Notes: generated from the letters alone by a model not told the origin. A stretch of DNA of 64,000 bases from Candidatus Spechtbacterales bacterium (GCA_040902285.1 JBBDXP010000012.1:8501-72500); one strand, 5' to 3'; shown: positions 9,181 to 18,617, counted from the stretch's first letter. A program made the numbers and translations.

Positions 9181-11501
9181 ATGCGTTTAATCCATAAAAA
9201 GATATTAATAGTTATTCTATTTTCGACAGGGCTAGTTTCTCTTTCAGTTTTTGCAGGAAATTCCCTACAATTTCTTGGGAACCGGAAAATATAAAAGTTC
9301 ATGTTTTCCCAGGTGGATTAAAAAGTATTGAGGCGACATTCATAAGTTCTAAGGATTTGGAAAATGTTGAATTTAGAATCGCCCCAGAAATAGAACCTTT
9401 TATTGATGTAGAATCGGGCAACCTAGATTTAATACGGGCTGGTGAAGAAAATACAATAATCTTGAGTGTTGCAATGCCGACTGATGCGCCGTTGAGAACT
9501 TTCGATGGCGTTATTCAGATCAATGCTACAGAAAAATTAAGTGCCATAGAAAAATTTATGGGAAGGGTGCTTACAAAAAAAATCGACAAACAAAAACATC
9601 TTGCCAAACCATTGCCCGTGGAAGTTGAGGTAATATCTGCACAGCCAACTCTGGGTTTATTCGAAGAATTTTTAATTGAACAATTTGGTACCCTGACACC
9701 CGAGGTTGATTTTGAGGGAGATGTCTACGAATCAATAGCAACCCCCGAAGATATTATCAGTGGTTTTTCTCAAGGCACCGAAGGCGCTTTTGTGCTTGGT
9801 ATAGGATCAATCAAGTTCCTGGGGCCGTTTGGTGCAAACGAGGAAGCTGTTCTTGGGTCGCATGATTTGTTAACAGAATTGGCAGATCAAGGAGTTATTG
9901 TGGACGATCTAATGGATGCTTTAAAAGATCATGACATGTATATTGAAGGTACGAAAGATGTCTCTGAGCTTCTAATAACCCCAGGCTTAAATGCCGTAAT
10001 ATTTTTCCCCAGAAAGGGTGCACAATTTTTCACCACAACTCCTTATGATGAGAACGGAGATGGTATCACGGATCATTATGTGGTGATACTTGATAATGAT
10101 ACCCATGTGTTGCACAGAGCACATCATGTCAATGCTTTTATAAATCGCAACTTTTTTGTCGGAAATATCTTAAATAATTCATCCAGGACACTTGTTCATG
10201 AACTTTTGCACGCAGTAATTTTTAGAACGAATTGCTTTGTGGGCACCAGAGATGATGAGGAAGTTTTTGTGGAAGATATGCTCAGCGTATTGGATGCTAA
10301 ATTGAGTACCAACACAACATTCTATAACGCACTATTGTCACAAACCCTATCGGATTTTCCTCAAGGGGAAGATTGTTTAGACAGGTTGGGTCTTGAACCA
10401 GTATCCCAACAATGGTCAACTCCCGAAACCGTATCGACAATAACAGGCTCCTTTCCCGACATAGACACAGACCAAAACAATATACCCCACGTTGTATGGT
10501 ATAATTCTACGCCCTCCAGCACTAATATATTTTACAGCAAACAAAACACAGACCGGTCATGGATATCTCCTCAGGACATATCGGGAGTCCTGCATGCCGC
10601 GGGCAACCCCCCGGAACTTACAATAGACATAACGCAAAGCGACAGCGGAAGCATACACGTTGCGTGGTCTGCGGTAGTAGAAGAAAACAACCAAGAAATA
10701 TTTTATTCCAGATACAATGGATCCAGCTGGTCAACTCCTCTGAATGTATCCAACACTTCGGTTAATTCCACCTGGCCCTCTATTACCCTCGACAGCGCCG
10801 GCAACCCTCATATTGTATGGGAGGAGTTCTATGTAAGCGTAACTCCAACAGAGATATATTATACGCAATTCAACGGCAGTTCATGGTCCACTCCTCAAAA
10901 CATATCCAATTCTTCTTCTTTATCCCTCTCTCCCATAATTGCAACGGATAACCAAAATAACCTGCATGCAATATGGTATGAACAGCCCAATCTTCTACGG
11001 GCGGAAGGCCTTTATTATACAAAAAATATCAGCGGGAACTGGGTCTCTCCCGTCAAGATTTTTGATACGCACGGCTCAGGAATTGTTCATCCAGACGCCC
11101 CATCAATTGTCATAGACAAAAATGACAATATTCATCTTGCGTGGACAGATAATATATCCGGCAACGGAGAGATATATTACAGCAAATACGCCAATTCCTC
11201 ATGGCAAGATTCTCAAAATATATCCAACAGCGCCGGTACTTCTTGGGCATCCACAATATCCGTTGATTCCAACGACAATCCCCATATTGCATGGAGTGAC
11301 GGGGTCATAGGGACCATTAATTACAATATAAAATATACAAACTATAATGGTACTCAATGGCAGGACATACAGATCATTTCAAATGTACCGGGCAGGTCTT
11401 TTCAGCCCGAGATGGCAATAGGCACAGACGATGTGGTGCATCTTGTGTGGTTTGATATTCAAAGCGGAACCTACATATTCTATAGCAGCAGAGAACCGTA
11501 A
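9181..11501 (+). pseudogene. Secreted HExxH zinc-peptidase-like protein with C-terminal beta-propeller-like repeats, apparently frameshifted near 9255-9265
   Basis: Signal-peptide ORF 9181-9294 is in a different frame from the long ORF, which is open from 9198 to 11501; HELLH motif; repeated 'HxxW...IxY...WS.P.NIS' units. Confidence 0.6.
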
Positions 11502-11515
11502 ATACTCAAACCCCG

Positions 11516-11539
11516 AACACGCACATCGATGTGCGTGTT
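11516..11539. repeat. Perfect 24-bp palindrome downstream of the gene (terminator or operator)
   Basis: AACACGCACATCGATGTGCGTGTT. Confidence 0.6.
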
Positions 11540-11673
11540 TAGAGTTTGAATCTGTGGTTTGCATGATATAATGTGTATGAGGGTTGTATGAATATAAATT
11601 TGGCCTAAAGTAGTTTTCAAAGGGAGTTCTATATTACACAGTTCCTTGGAACAGTGTTGCGGACACCCACTAT

Positions 11674-11943
11674 AGCCCCCCACCGCACATATAAAATCGA
11701 CTTGACGGAGTGAATTTTGATGAATATTCGAGGCGCGAGGAGTGTGGCGATGCCAGAGCATCGCGAGCGACGAGCAACGAAGAAGATTTGCAAAATTCAC
11801 CCGCCCTTCGGGGAACAAAAGAATAAACCGTCTGCTTCTTCATTCCTCCTTGAAGTATATATCTATACTCCTTCGTCGTCATTCATCGCATCCGGTTCAT
11901 TCTTTTGTTCTCAAGGTCCATTTTATATATGCGGTGTGGGGCT
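11674..11943. repeat. 270-bp branched palindromic element
   Basis: Terminal IR matching 22/24 (AGCCCCCCACCGCACATATAAAAT) enclosing two internal stem-loops. Confidence 0.7.
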
Positions 11944-12020
11944 CCAATTTTAACCAAATTTCTAACATACTCCCTCAAGATGCGTCCCCCGATAAGTCGG
12001 GGGACTTGTCTAAAGACGGT

Positions 12021-12725
12021 ATGTATAAAAAAGAAAATTTTTCCGTTGTGGCTCTTGGGGGCTCAATTATAATTTCAAGAAAAATACAAACGGGGTACTT
12101 GAGGCGGCTTAGGAATTTTACTCAAAAACGTATAGAGAGCGGAGAGAAATTTATTTTTGTGGTGGGAGGCGGCTCTGTGGCTAGGAATTACCAAAGGGCG
12201 GCTTTTTCAATCGTAAATATTTCTAATGAGGACAAAGATTGGCTCGGAATACATTCCACTCGCCTCAACGCACATCTTTTGCGGACGATATTTAATGGTA
12301 TGGCGTATCCGATCGTTTTGGATGATCCTGAAAAACCGATAACCCAGCGCGATCTTAAAAAATATTCGCTTTTTATAGCTTCCGGATGGCGTCCCGGATG
12401 GAGCACGGATTATATCGCTTTTCGCCTGGCTCATCGTTTTGGCGCGAAGCGGGTAGTGGTGGCCACAAAAATTTCTAATGTGTATGACGCCGATATACAA
12501 ACGCATAAAAATGCGCGGCCGTTGAAAAGGATCAGCTGGAAAAGATATTCCAAACTTTTGCCGTCTAAAATATGGTATCCGGGAATGGGAAGTCCCGTTG
12601 ATCCCGTGGCAACAGAGTTTGCCGCGAAGAAAAAAATTTCATGCGTTGTTTTACGCGGAACAAATTTAAAAAATCTGAATAGGTTTTTGGACGGCAAAAA
12701 ATTTGAAGGCACGGTAATCAACTGA
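12021..12725 (+). CDS. pyrH: UMP kinase, archaeal-type
   Basis: VALGGS, VVGGGSVARNYQ, DWLGIHSTRLNA, PGWSTD, PVDP, C-terminal GTVI. Confidence 0.85.
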   Translation: MYKKENFSVVALGGSIIISRKIQTGYLRRLRNFTQKRIESGEKFIFVVGGGSVARNYQRAAFSIVNISNEDKDWLGIHSTRLNAHLLRTIFNGMAYPIVLDDPEKPITQRDLKKYSLFIASGWRPGWSTDYIAFRLAHRFGAKRVVVATKISNVYDADIQTHKNARPLKRISWKRYSKLLPSKIWYPGMGSPVDPVATEFAAKKKISCVVLRGTNLKNLNRFLDGKKFEGTVIN

Positions 12726-12745
12726 TTCTTATTTTATGCGTCGAA

Positions 12746-12774
12746 TTGACGTATTGATAAATAATATGTATAAA
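12746..12774 (+). promoter_or_regulatory. Sigma70-type promoter of the dap cluster
   Basis: TTGACG-17 nt-TATAAA. Confidence 0.5.
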
Positions 12775-12793
12775 TCAATGATAAACATATGAA

Positions 12794-12907
12794 TCCCGTT
12801 AGTAATAACCCTAACGGGTTCACTAAACCAAGTGCAACAAAGACAAGTAGTTAATTCGTTTAAATATACATAAATTAAAACTGCGCAAGCAGTAATTACT
12901 AACGGGA
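12794..12907 (+). mobile_element. Family A element, copy A2, at the dapB start codon
   Basis: TIR matches 15/16, TGAA direct repeats, 114 bp, ungapped alignment to A1 with 19 differences by hand count. Confidence 0.85.
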
Positions 12908-13641
12908 TGAATATCGCGCTTATAGGATATGGTTCAATGGGCTCTGTTGTGCGGCGAGTGGCGGAAGAAAGAGGACATAAAATTGTCTCAATAATAGATC
13001 CCAAAGCTCCGGAAGCCGCAGCTTTAGTTCCGAATGCCGAGGCTTTGTCGGACGCCGATGTGGCGGTGGATTTTTCGGCGGGCGAGTCGGTTTTGGACAC
13101 CATAAGGATTTGCAAAGAATCAGGGGTTAATTTAGTTGTGGGTACAACGGGGTGGTATGACAAACTTCAGGAAGCAAAAAATTTAGCGGAAGGAATTGGC
13201 TTTCTTTGGTCCTCTAATTTTTCCATAGGAGTAAATATATATTTTAAAGTGGTGGAAGCGGCTGCCAAACAAATGGATAAATTTGATGAATACGATGTGT
13301 GGGGGCACGAGATACACCATTACAATAAAGCGGACAGCCCTTCGGGAACCGCTAAAACCTTGGAAAAAATATTGCTTGATAATATAGAAAGAAAAACCTC
13401 GGCCGTTGAAGATAAGCTGGACCGCAAACGCAAAGACGAAGAAATCCATTTTTCTTCTGTAAGAGGCGGGGCTGTAAACTTTGGCCACACAATAGGATTT
13501 GATTCGGCGGCCGATAGAATTCTAATTACGCATGAAGCAAGAAGCAGAGACGGTTTTGCCTTGGGTGCTGTAAAAGCGGCCGAATGGCTAAAAGGCAAAA
13601 AAGGTTTTTTTGAAATGCAAGATTTTTTAAATAATAATTAA
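12907..13641 (+). CDS. dapB: 4-hydroxy-tetrahydrodipicolinate reductase
   Basis: IGYGSMG, VVGTTGW, NFSIGVN, EIHHYNKADSPSGTA, FALGAV. Confidence 0.95.
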   Translation: MNIALIGYGSMGSVVRRVAEERGHKIVSIIDPKAPEAAALVPNAEALSDADVAVDFSAGESVLDTIRICKESGVNLVVGTTGWYDKLQEAKNLAEGIGFLWSSNFSIGVNIYFKVVEAAAKQMDKFDEYDVWGHEIHHYNKADSPSGTAKTLEKILLDNIERKTSAVEDKLDRKRKDEEIHFSSVRGGAVNFGHTIGFDSAADRILITHEARSRDGFALGAVKAAEWLKGKKGFFEMQDFLNNN

Positions 13642-13642
13642 C

Positions 13643-13772
13643 GCTCACTTCGTTCGCTATTCACGCAGATTTATACAGATTAAGCGGATTTATGCTGATA
13701 CTTTTTAAACGCTATCCGCATTTATCAGCCTAATCCGCATTATCCGCGTTTAAGCGAGGGTGAAGCCCGAGC
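13643..13772. repeat. Inverted array of 9-10 nt repeats (GC[A/G]GATT ... ATC[C/A]GC) forming a long imperfect hairpin
   Basis: CGCAGATTT/TACAGATT/GCGGATTT/GCTGATA mirrored by ATCCGCATT/ATCAGCCT/ATCCGCATT/ATCCGCGTT; ends GCTC..TCGCT and AGCGA..GAGC. Confidence 0.65.
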
Positions 13773-13780
13773 AAAAAAAT

Positions 13781-14665
13781 ATGGAAAAAACAAAATACGC
13801 GGGAACATGGACGGCTATTGTTACTCCTTTTAACGAAGATGGCAGTTTGGATGAACAATCTTTCCGTAAATTAGTGCAAAGACAAATAGAAGGTGGTGTT
13901 ACAGGGATAGTACCCGTGGGTACCACAGGAGAATCTCCCACGCTTTCGCTTGCCGAAATGACCAGGTTGTACGAAATAACGGTTGAAGAGTCCAAAGGAA
14001 AAGTGCTGGTAATGGCCGGAACAGGAAGCAATTCCACAGAGCATGCGGTGGAATACACAAAAGCCGCCAAAGAAGCAGGTGCCGACGCTTGTTTGGTTGT
14101 AACGCCTTATTACAACAAGCCCACGCCCGCCGGACTAAAAGCGCACTTTGCCGCCATTGCCGATGTTGGCTTGCCCTTGTTCGTTTACAATATAAAGGGC
14201 AGAACGGCTCTGAACATAGAGACGGATTTGCTTATGGAGATGGCCGAACACCCCAATATAATCGGGGTTAAGGAAGCCAGCGGCGATATTAACCAGATAA
14301 AAGAGGTTATAGAAAAAAGACCCGAAGGATTTGTGGTTTTAAGCGGCGACGATGGCATGACACTGGATTTGATGAAGGCCGGCGGAGACGGAATAGTTTC
14401 CGTTGCAAGCAATATCGTTCCCGAAAAAGTTGTGCAGTTGGTTAAATATGGATTGAGCGGCCAAATGGACAAGGCGGAGGAGTTGAACGGAGAGCTAAGC
14501 GATATGTTTAAAAAAATATTTATAGAAACAAATCCCGTTCCCACAAAGTACTGCTTGTATAAAATGGGGCTTTGCAAGCTGGCGTATCGTTTGCCCATGT
14601 GCGAGCCAACAGACGCTTCAAAAGAAGTTTTGAATAAAATGATTTCTGATTACGGTCTTATCTAA
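13781..14665 (+). CDS. dapA: 4-hydroxy-tetrahydrodipicolinate synthase
   Basis: VTPF, GTTGES, TPYYNKP, YNI, GVKEASG, LSGDD, ETNPVP. Confidence 0.96.
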   Translation: MEKTKYAGTWTAIVTPFNEDGSLDEQSFRKLVQRQIEGGVTGIVPVGTTGESPTLSLAEMTRLYEITVEESKGKVLVMAGTGSNSTEHAVEYTKAAKEAGADACLVVTPYYNKPTPAGLKAHFAAIADVGLPLFVYNIKGRTALNIETDLLMEMAEHPNIIGVKEASGDINQIKEVIEKRPEGFVVLSGDDGMTLDLMKAGGDGIVSVASNIVPEKVVQLVKYGLSGQMDKAEELNGELSDMFKKIFIETNPVPTKYCLYKMGLCKLAYRLPMCEPTDASKEVLNKMISDYGLI

Positions 14666-14690
14666 GTCTAAACAAAAGGCGCGCAGGGTG

Positions 14691-14840
14691 TACGGATGTG
14701 CGAATATTATTTTTAACGACCGAGGTCTGGTTTTTCCAGCGAAAACCAGCCTCTCCCTCTCGGCTCGCGGCCGCGCTTGCGCGCGAACCAAGCCCGCTTC
14801 GCCTCCGAGAATCCTTAAAAACAATATTCGCACATCCGTA
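14691..14840 (+). repeat. Family B palindromic element, copy B2
   Basis: Terminal stem matches 25/26 (TACGGATGTGCGAATATTATTTTTAA); core GACCGAGGTCTGGTTTTTCCAGC...GAACCAAGC...GCCTCCGAGA. Confidence 0.75.
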
Positions 14841-14882
14841 TCTATCAGAAATTTAGTAGTAACAAATTCAATTTTATAGGAC

Positions 14883-16115
14883 ATGAACCAAGATGTAATT
14901 TATTATCCTGAAAGTTCAATAAAAGAGGCGGTGGAGAAATTCGAAACCCCGTTCTTTATTTATGAAGAAAAACGGCTTCGCGAGAACGCAGGCAGGTTTA
15001 GGGATACATTCCGAAAATATTTTCCGTCTTTCCAGCCATTGTTTGCGGTAAAAGCAAACCCAAACCCCGATGTTTTAAAAATAATCGCTGATGAGGGGTT
15101 TTTATTTGACGCTTCAAGCGCGGGCGAGGTTTGGATTTCGCAAAAACTGGGAATTGCCGGCATGCACACGGGAAATTATCTTGGAGCCGATGAACTCAAA
15201 ATGGCAAAAGATGCCGGGTTTACAATAAACTTGGATGACGTTTCTCAACTGGACTTTTTGAAAGAAATAGGCGTACCCGAAAAACTTTCGTTCCGCATAA
15301 ACCCGGGCATGGGAAAAGGAGAATACGAAAGTTTGATAATGGCGGGTCCCGACGCAAAATACGGAATACCTTACGAAAAAGCTGCCGATGCCTACAAAAA
15401 AGCACAGGATATGGGAGCCAAGCATTTTGGCATACACATGATGACCGGAAGTAATGTGCTGGATGAAGGATATTTTCCCGCAATCGTGGGCAGGTTGCTT
15501 GATACTATAGCAAATATAAAGGAAAAAACAGGTATAGAAATAGAGTTTATGAACATAGGGGGAGGATTTGGAGTGCCTTACCGCCCTGAAGAAAAAAGTT
15601 TGGATTTAGAAAGAGTGGCATCGGGAATACGAGAGGCGGTTGATAAAAAATGCAATGATTTACAAATACGCGAGCCGGTTCTTATGGCCGAACCAGGCCG
15701 GTATGTTTGCGCTGATGCCGGTTGGCTTGTTGGCCGTGTGCAGGTTATAAAAGACAGCTACAAAAAATTTGTCGGCATAGACGCGGCAAGCAACGATATG
15801 CCGAGACCCTCAATTTACGGGGCGTACCATCATATTTCTGTTTTGGATGGAGGCGACAAACAAGAAGAATTGGTTTCGGTTGTGGGAACGATTTGCGAAA
15901 ATAATGATCAATTTGGAAAGGACAGAGAGCTGCCGGCATGCAAAAGGGGGGATATTGTAATAATCCATAATTGCGGAGGACACGCCAGGGCAATGGGCCA
16001 CAATTACAATGGAAAATTAAGACACGCTGAGTATTTAATAGAAAAAAACGGAAACCTAAAACAGATAAGGACATCGGAAACCGTAGAAGATCTGTACAGA
16101 GGAACAAATATATGA
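14883..16115 (+). CDS. lysA: Diaminopimelate decarboxylase
   Basis: FAVKAN, RINPG, KYG, NIGGGFG, EPGRY, GTICE. Confidence 0.93.
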   Translation: MNQDVIYYPESSIKEAVEKFETPFFIYEEKRLRENAGRFRDTFRKYFPSFQPLFAVKANPNPDVLKIIADEGFLFDASSAGEVWISQKLGIAGMHTGNYLGADELKMAKDAGFTINLDDVSQLDFLKEIGVPEKLSFRINPGMGKGEYESLIMAGPDAKYGIPYEKAADAYKKAQDMGAKHFGIHMMTGSNVLDEGYFPAIVGRLLDTIANIKEKTGIEIEFMNIGGGFGVPYRPEEKSLDLERVASGIREAVDKKCNDLQIREPVLMAEPGRYVCADAGWLVGRVQVIKDSYKKFVGIDAASNDMPRPSIYGAYHHISVLDGGDKQEELVSVVGTICENNDQFGKDRELPACKRGDIVIIHNCGGHARAMGHNYNGKLRHAEYLIEKNGNLKQIRTSETVEDLYRGTNI

Positions 16116-16116
16116 A

Positions 16117-16231
16117 TCCCGTTAGTAGTTACCCTAACGGGTCATTCATTGAAATAATATTAAAATTAACAATAATTACCGCTGTAGCATTTTATTGCGA
16201 CAGGACTGCGCAGTAGTAACTACTAACGGGA
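16117..16231 (+). mobile_element. Family A element, copy A3, inserted in the lysA-stop/dapL-start ATGA overlap
   Basis: Perfect 16-bp TIR TCCCGTTAGTAGTTAC/GTAACTACTAACGGGA (co-varied relative to A1), TGAA direct repeats, 115 bp. Confidence 0.85.
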
Positions 16232-17406
16232 TGAATATAGAACCATCCAAAAGATTAAAATCATTGCCCTCGTACGCGTTTGCCGATATCAGCAACAAAG
16301 TTGAAGAATTGCGCCAGAAGGGCGTTAAAATAATTGATTTTGGAGTGGGGGACCCTTCGGAGCCCGCTCCGGATTTTGTAATAGAAAGATTAAGCGAATT
16401 CGGGCGCAAGCATGCTTCAACCGGTTACCCCAGTTACATAGGCAGTAAGGATTTTAGGCAAGCTGCGGCAAATTATATGCAAAAAAGATTTGGTGTTGAA
16501 CTTGACCCCGAAAAAGAAATTTCTTCAAACATCGGCTCAAAAGAAGCGATATTCAATTTTCCCGAAGGATTTGTGAACCCCGGAGATATTGTTATTTGTC
16601 CCTCTCCTGGATATCCGCCCATGAAAACAGGAACAATTTTTGCAGAAGGCGAGCCTTATTATGTACCCTTGCTGGAGAAAAACGGATTTTTGGTTGATTA
16701 CGAATCCATTCCACAAGACATCGCGCAAAAGGCAAAGATAATTTGGATAAACTATCCAAATTCTCCAACCGGAGCTGTAGCTTCGCGGGAATATTACGAA
16801 GGATTATTGGATTGGGCGCACAAAAATAATATTATAGTAGCGGCTGACGAGGGTTGCTATATAGATATTTATTTTGATGAAAAACCATCTTCAATATTGG
16901 AAGTGGCGCGCGAAGGAGTGATTGCGTTTTATTCTTTATCAAAACGCAACAATATGACCGGTTACAGAGCTGGCTTTGTTTGTGGAGATGAAAATATAGT
17001 AAAAATTTTCAAAGACCTTAAAACCAATATAGATTCCGGCACGCCAAGCATTGTACAGGAAGCGGGAATAGCCGCGCTTGCCGATGATGAACATGCTGAA
17101 AAAATGCGCCGGATCTATCAAGAAAAACGCGATATCCTTCTGTCTGCTTTGCAGGAGGGAGGCTTTGAAACAGGGAACAGTGGAGCCACTTTTTACATAT
17201 GGCAAAAAGTAAAAGGCAGTGATATGGAATTTGCCAAAAAGCTTTTGGAAACAGAACCGGGTATAGTTGTTACGCCCGGAAGTTTGATATCGGATGAATG
17301 TGCTGGAGGAATAAATCCCGGATACGGATATGTGAGAATAGCTCTGATGCCGGCACTAGAAGAAGTAAAAGAAGCTGCCCAAAAATTTAAACGCTTGGCA
17401 CAATAA
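16231..17406 (+). CDS. dapL: LL-diaminopimelate aminotransferase (class I/II PLP aminotransferase)
   Basis: LPSYAFA, DFGVGDP, GSKEAI, WINYPNSPTG, SLSK..NMTGYRAG, KTNIDSG; located in the dap cluster. Confidence 0.8.
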   Translation: MNIEPSKRLKSLPSYAFADISNKVEELRQKGVKIIDFGVGDPSEPAPDFVIERLSEFGRKHASTGYPSYIGSKDFRQAAANYMQKRFGVELDPEKEISSNIGSKEAIFNFPEGFVNPGDIVICPSPGYPPMKTGTIFAEGEPYYVPLLEKNGFLVDYESIPQDIAQKAKIIWINYPNSPTGAVASREYYEGLLDWAHKNNIIVAADEGCYIDIYFDEKPSSILEVAREGVIAFYSLSKRNNMTGYRAGFVCGDENIVKIFKDLKTNIDSGTPSIVQEAGIAALADDEHAEKMRRIYQEKRDILLSALQEGGFETGNSGATFYIWQKVKGSDMEFAKKLLETEPGIVVTPGSLISDECAGGINPGYGYVRIALMPALEEVKEAAQKFKRLAQ

Positions 17407-17409
17407 AAT

Positions 17410-17436
17410 AATACACCCCCGAAAGAGGGGTGTATT
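17410..17436. terminator. Bidirectional terminator between convergent genes
   Basis: AATACACCCC-CGAAAGA-GGGGTGTATT. Confidence 0.65.
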
Positions 17437-18140
17437 TATTTAAGGTGCAATTTTATTCTCAAAAATACCGTCAGGGGGTAGCTGTTTTTATATTCAAATC
17501 CGTTAAATACGTTGTTCTTTAAAAATCTGTATCTGGCCGTTGCATGCTTTTTCAGGTATTCAGGGTACATTATGTACATAAAGAAGGATTCGGCAAAATC
17601 TTCAAGGGCGTTAGTTTTGGCGTAAGCGGTGGGGAAAGACCGGTTTTGGCGCAATCCCTGGAACATAGCACGTCCTGGCGCCAATCGGTGGTCAATCGCG
17701 TGGCCCAGTTCATGCAGGGTAACCGCGATAACATTTGTGGGGTCTTTAAATTTCTGTGTACCTATGTAAATGGCGAAGCTTCTATAATAAAAACATCCCA
17801 AAAAGTTTTCTTCTCTGCATGTGTTTCCGGTGTTAAAGCTTATCAGAAGACCGTCTAATTTTTGTATGAGGTCCGGAGGCAAAAGTTCTAAAGATGTCTG
17901 CAAAAGGGCTATCCATTCTTTTTTGTCTTCGTAAGACAATTGATAATCAAAAGTTACGGTTATTCCGTGTAGCAGATATAATCTCTCATTTGAGCCTACC
18001 CATTGGCCGGCCGGGTTGCTTCTTGCGCTCGCAAGCGGATCAAATTCGCCCGGAGTGTTAACATCACTTTTTACCAAAATCAGCGCCAGAAGCAAGGATG
18101 CCGATATGAGCAGTATTAAAATACGTCTCATTATTGACAA
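17436..18140 (-). CDS. Secreted zinc metallopeptidase-like protein (ATLF/zincin-like)
   Basis: Signal peptide, HELGH, YAKTNALEDFAESF; SD GGGAGG upstream. Confidence 0.75.
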   Translation of the reverse strand: MSIMRRILILLISASLLLALILVKSDVNTPGEFDPLASARSNPAGQWVGSNERLYLLHGITVTFDYQLSYEDKKEWIALLQTSLELLPPDLIQKLDGLLISFNTGNTCREENFLGCFYYRSFAIYIGTQKFKDPTNVIAVTLHELGHAIDHRLAPGRAMFQGLRQNRSFPTAYAKTNALEDFAESFFMYIMYPEYLKKHATARYRFLKNNVFNGFEYKNSYPLTVFLRIKLHLK

Positions 18141-18216
18141 GGTCTTCCTCCCTTCCTTTTTATTTTAAAGTTCTGAAGTTATCCTATCACATTACTACCG
18201 TTTAGCAATAAAAATC

Positions 18217-18245
18217 TTGACCAAATTACCGCTATGATTTATAAT
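18217..18245 (+). promoter_or_regulatory. Sigma70-type promoter
   Basis: TTGACC-17 nt-TATAAT. Confidence 0.65.
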
Positions 18246-18270
18246 ATGCCAAGAAAAAGAGGATAGAAAA

Positions 18271-18600
18271 TTGAGGGACTGGGTAAGCTCGTTTATAACA
18301 ATATTTATAGAGCACATATTTCCCAGATGGATGCTGAAACATCCCTGGGATTATTTTTTGCATTTTTCGGTAAGTTTTATAGGATTTTTTATATTCTATA
18401 TTGCGGCGCGCAAAATATTTTCCTTACCCCCAGTTACAGCGGCAGTAGCTGCCGTGGGAGCCATTTTTCTTTTAGGCCTGTTTAAGGAGTTTTACATAGA
18501 TGTGTATGTGGGAAAAACGGATATGGTTTACGACATAGTGGCCAATACAATCGGAATATTGGTTGCTCTTCTGGTGAAAACAAAACTTCTGGACGCTTGA
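18271..18600 (+). CDS. Small membrane protein (VanZ-like)
   Basis: DYFLHF...GLFKEF..D...DIVANTIG pattern with 3 TM helices. Confidence 0.6.
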   Translation: MRDWVSSFITIFIEHIFPRWMLKHPWDYFLHFSVSFIGFFIFYIAARKIFSLPPVTAAVAAVGAIFLLGLFKEFYIDVYVGKTDMVYDIVANTIGILVALLVKTKLLDA

Positions 18601-18617
18601 GCAAAAAGGAGCAGGAG

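Noticed and set aside
10400-11500. Repeats in the large secreted protein as a DGR target or DNA repeat array
   Set aside because: Similarity is at the protein-repeat level, and no reverse transcriptase or adenine-specific TR/VR pair was seen.
11742-12020. 93-aa N-terminal extension of PyrH in the ORF track
   Set aside because: It is read-through of the palindromic element; kinase motifs start after ATG 12021.
7802-14884. ORFs 7802-8038, 14688-14879 and 14618-14884
   Set aside because: These are chance open frames through family B palindromes.
16195-16230. TTG start for dapL at 16195
   Set aside because: It lies inside element A3; the duplicated ATG at 16231 fits the family N-terminus.
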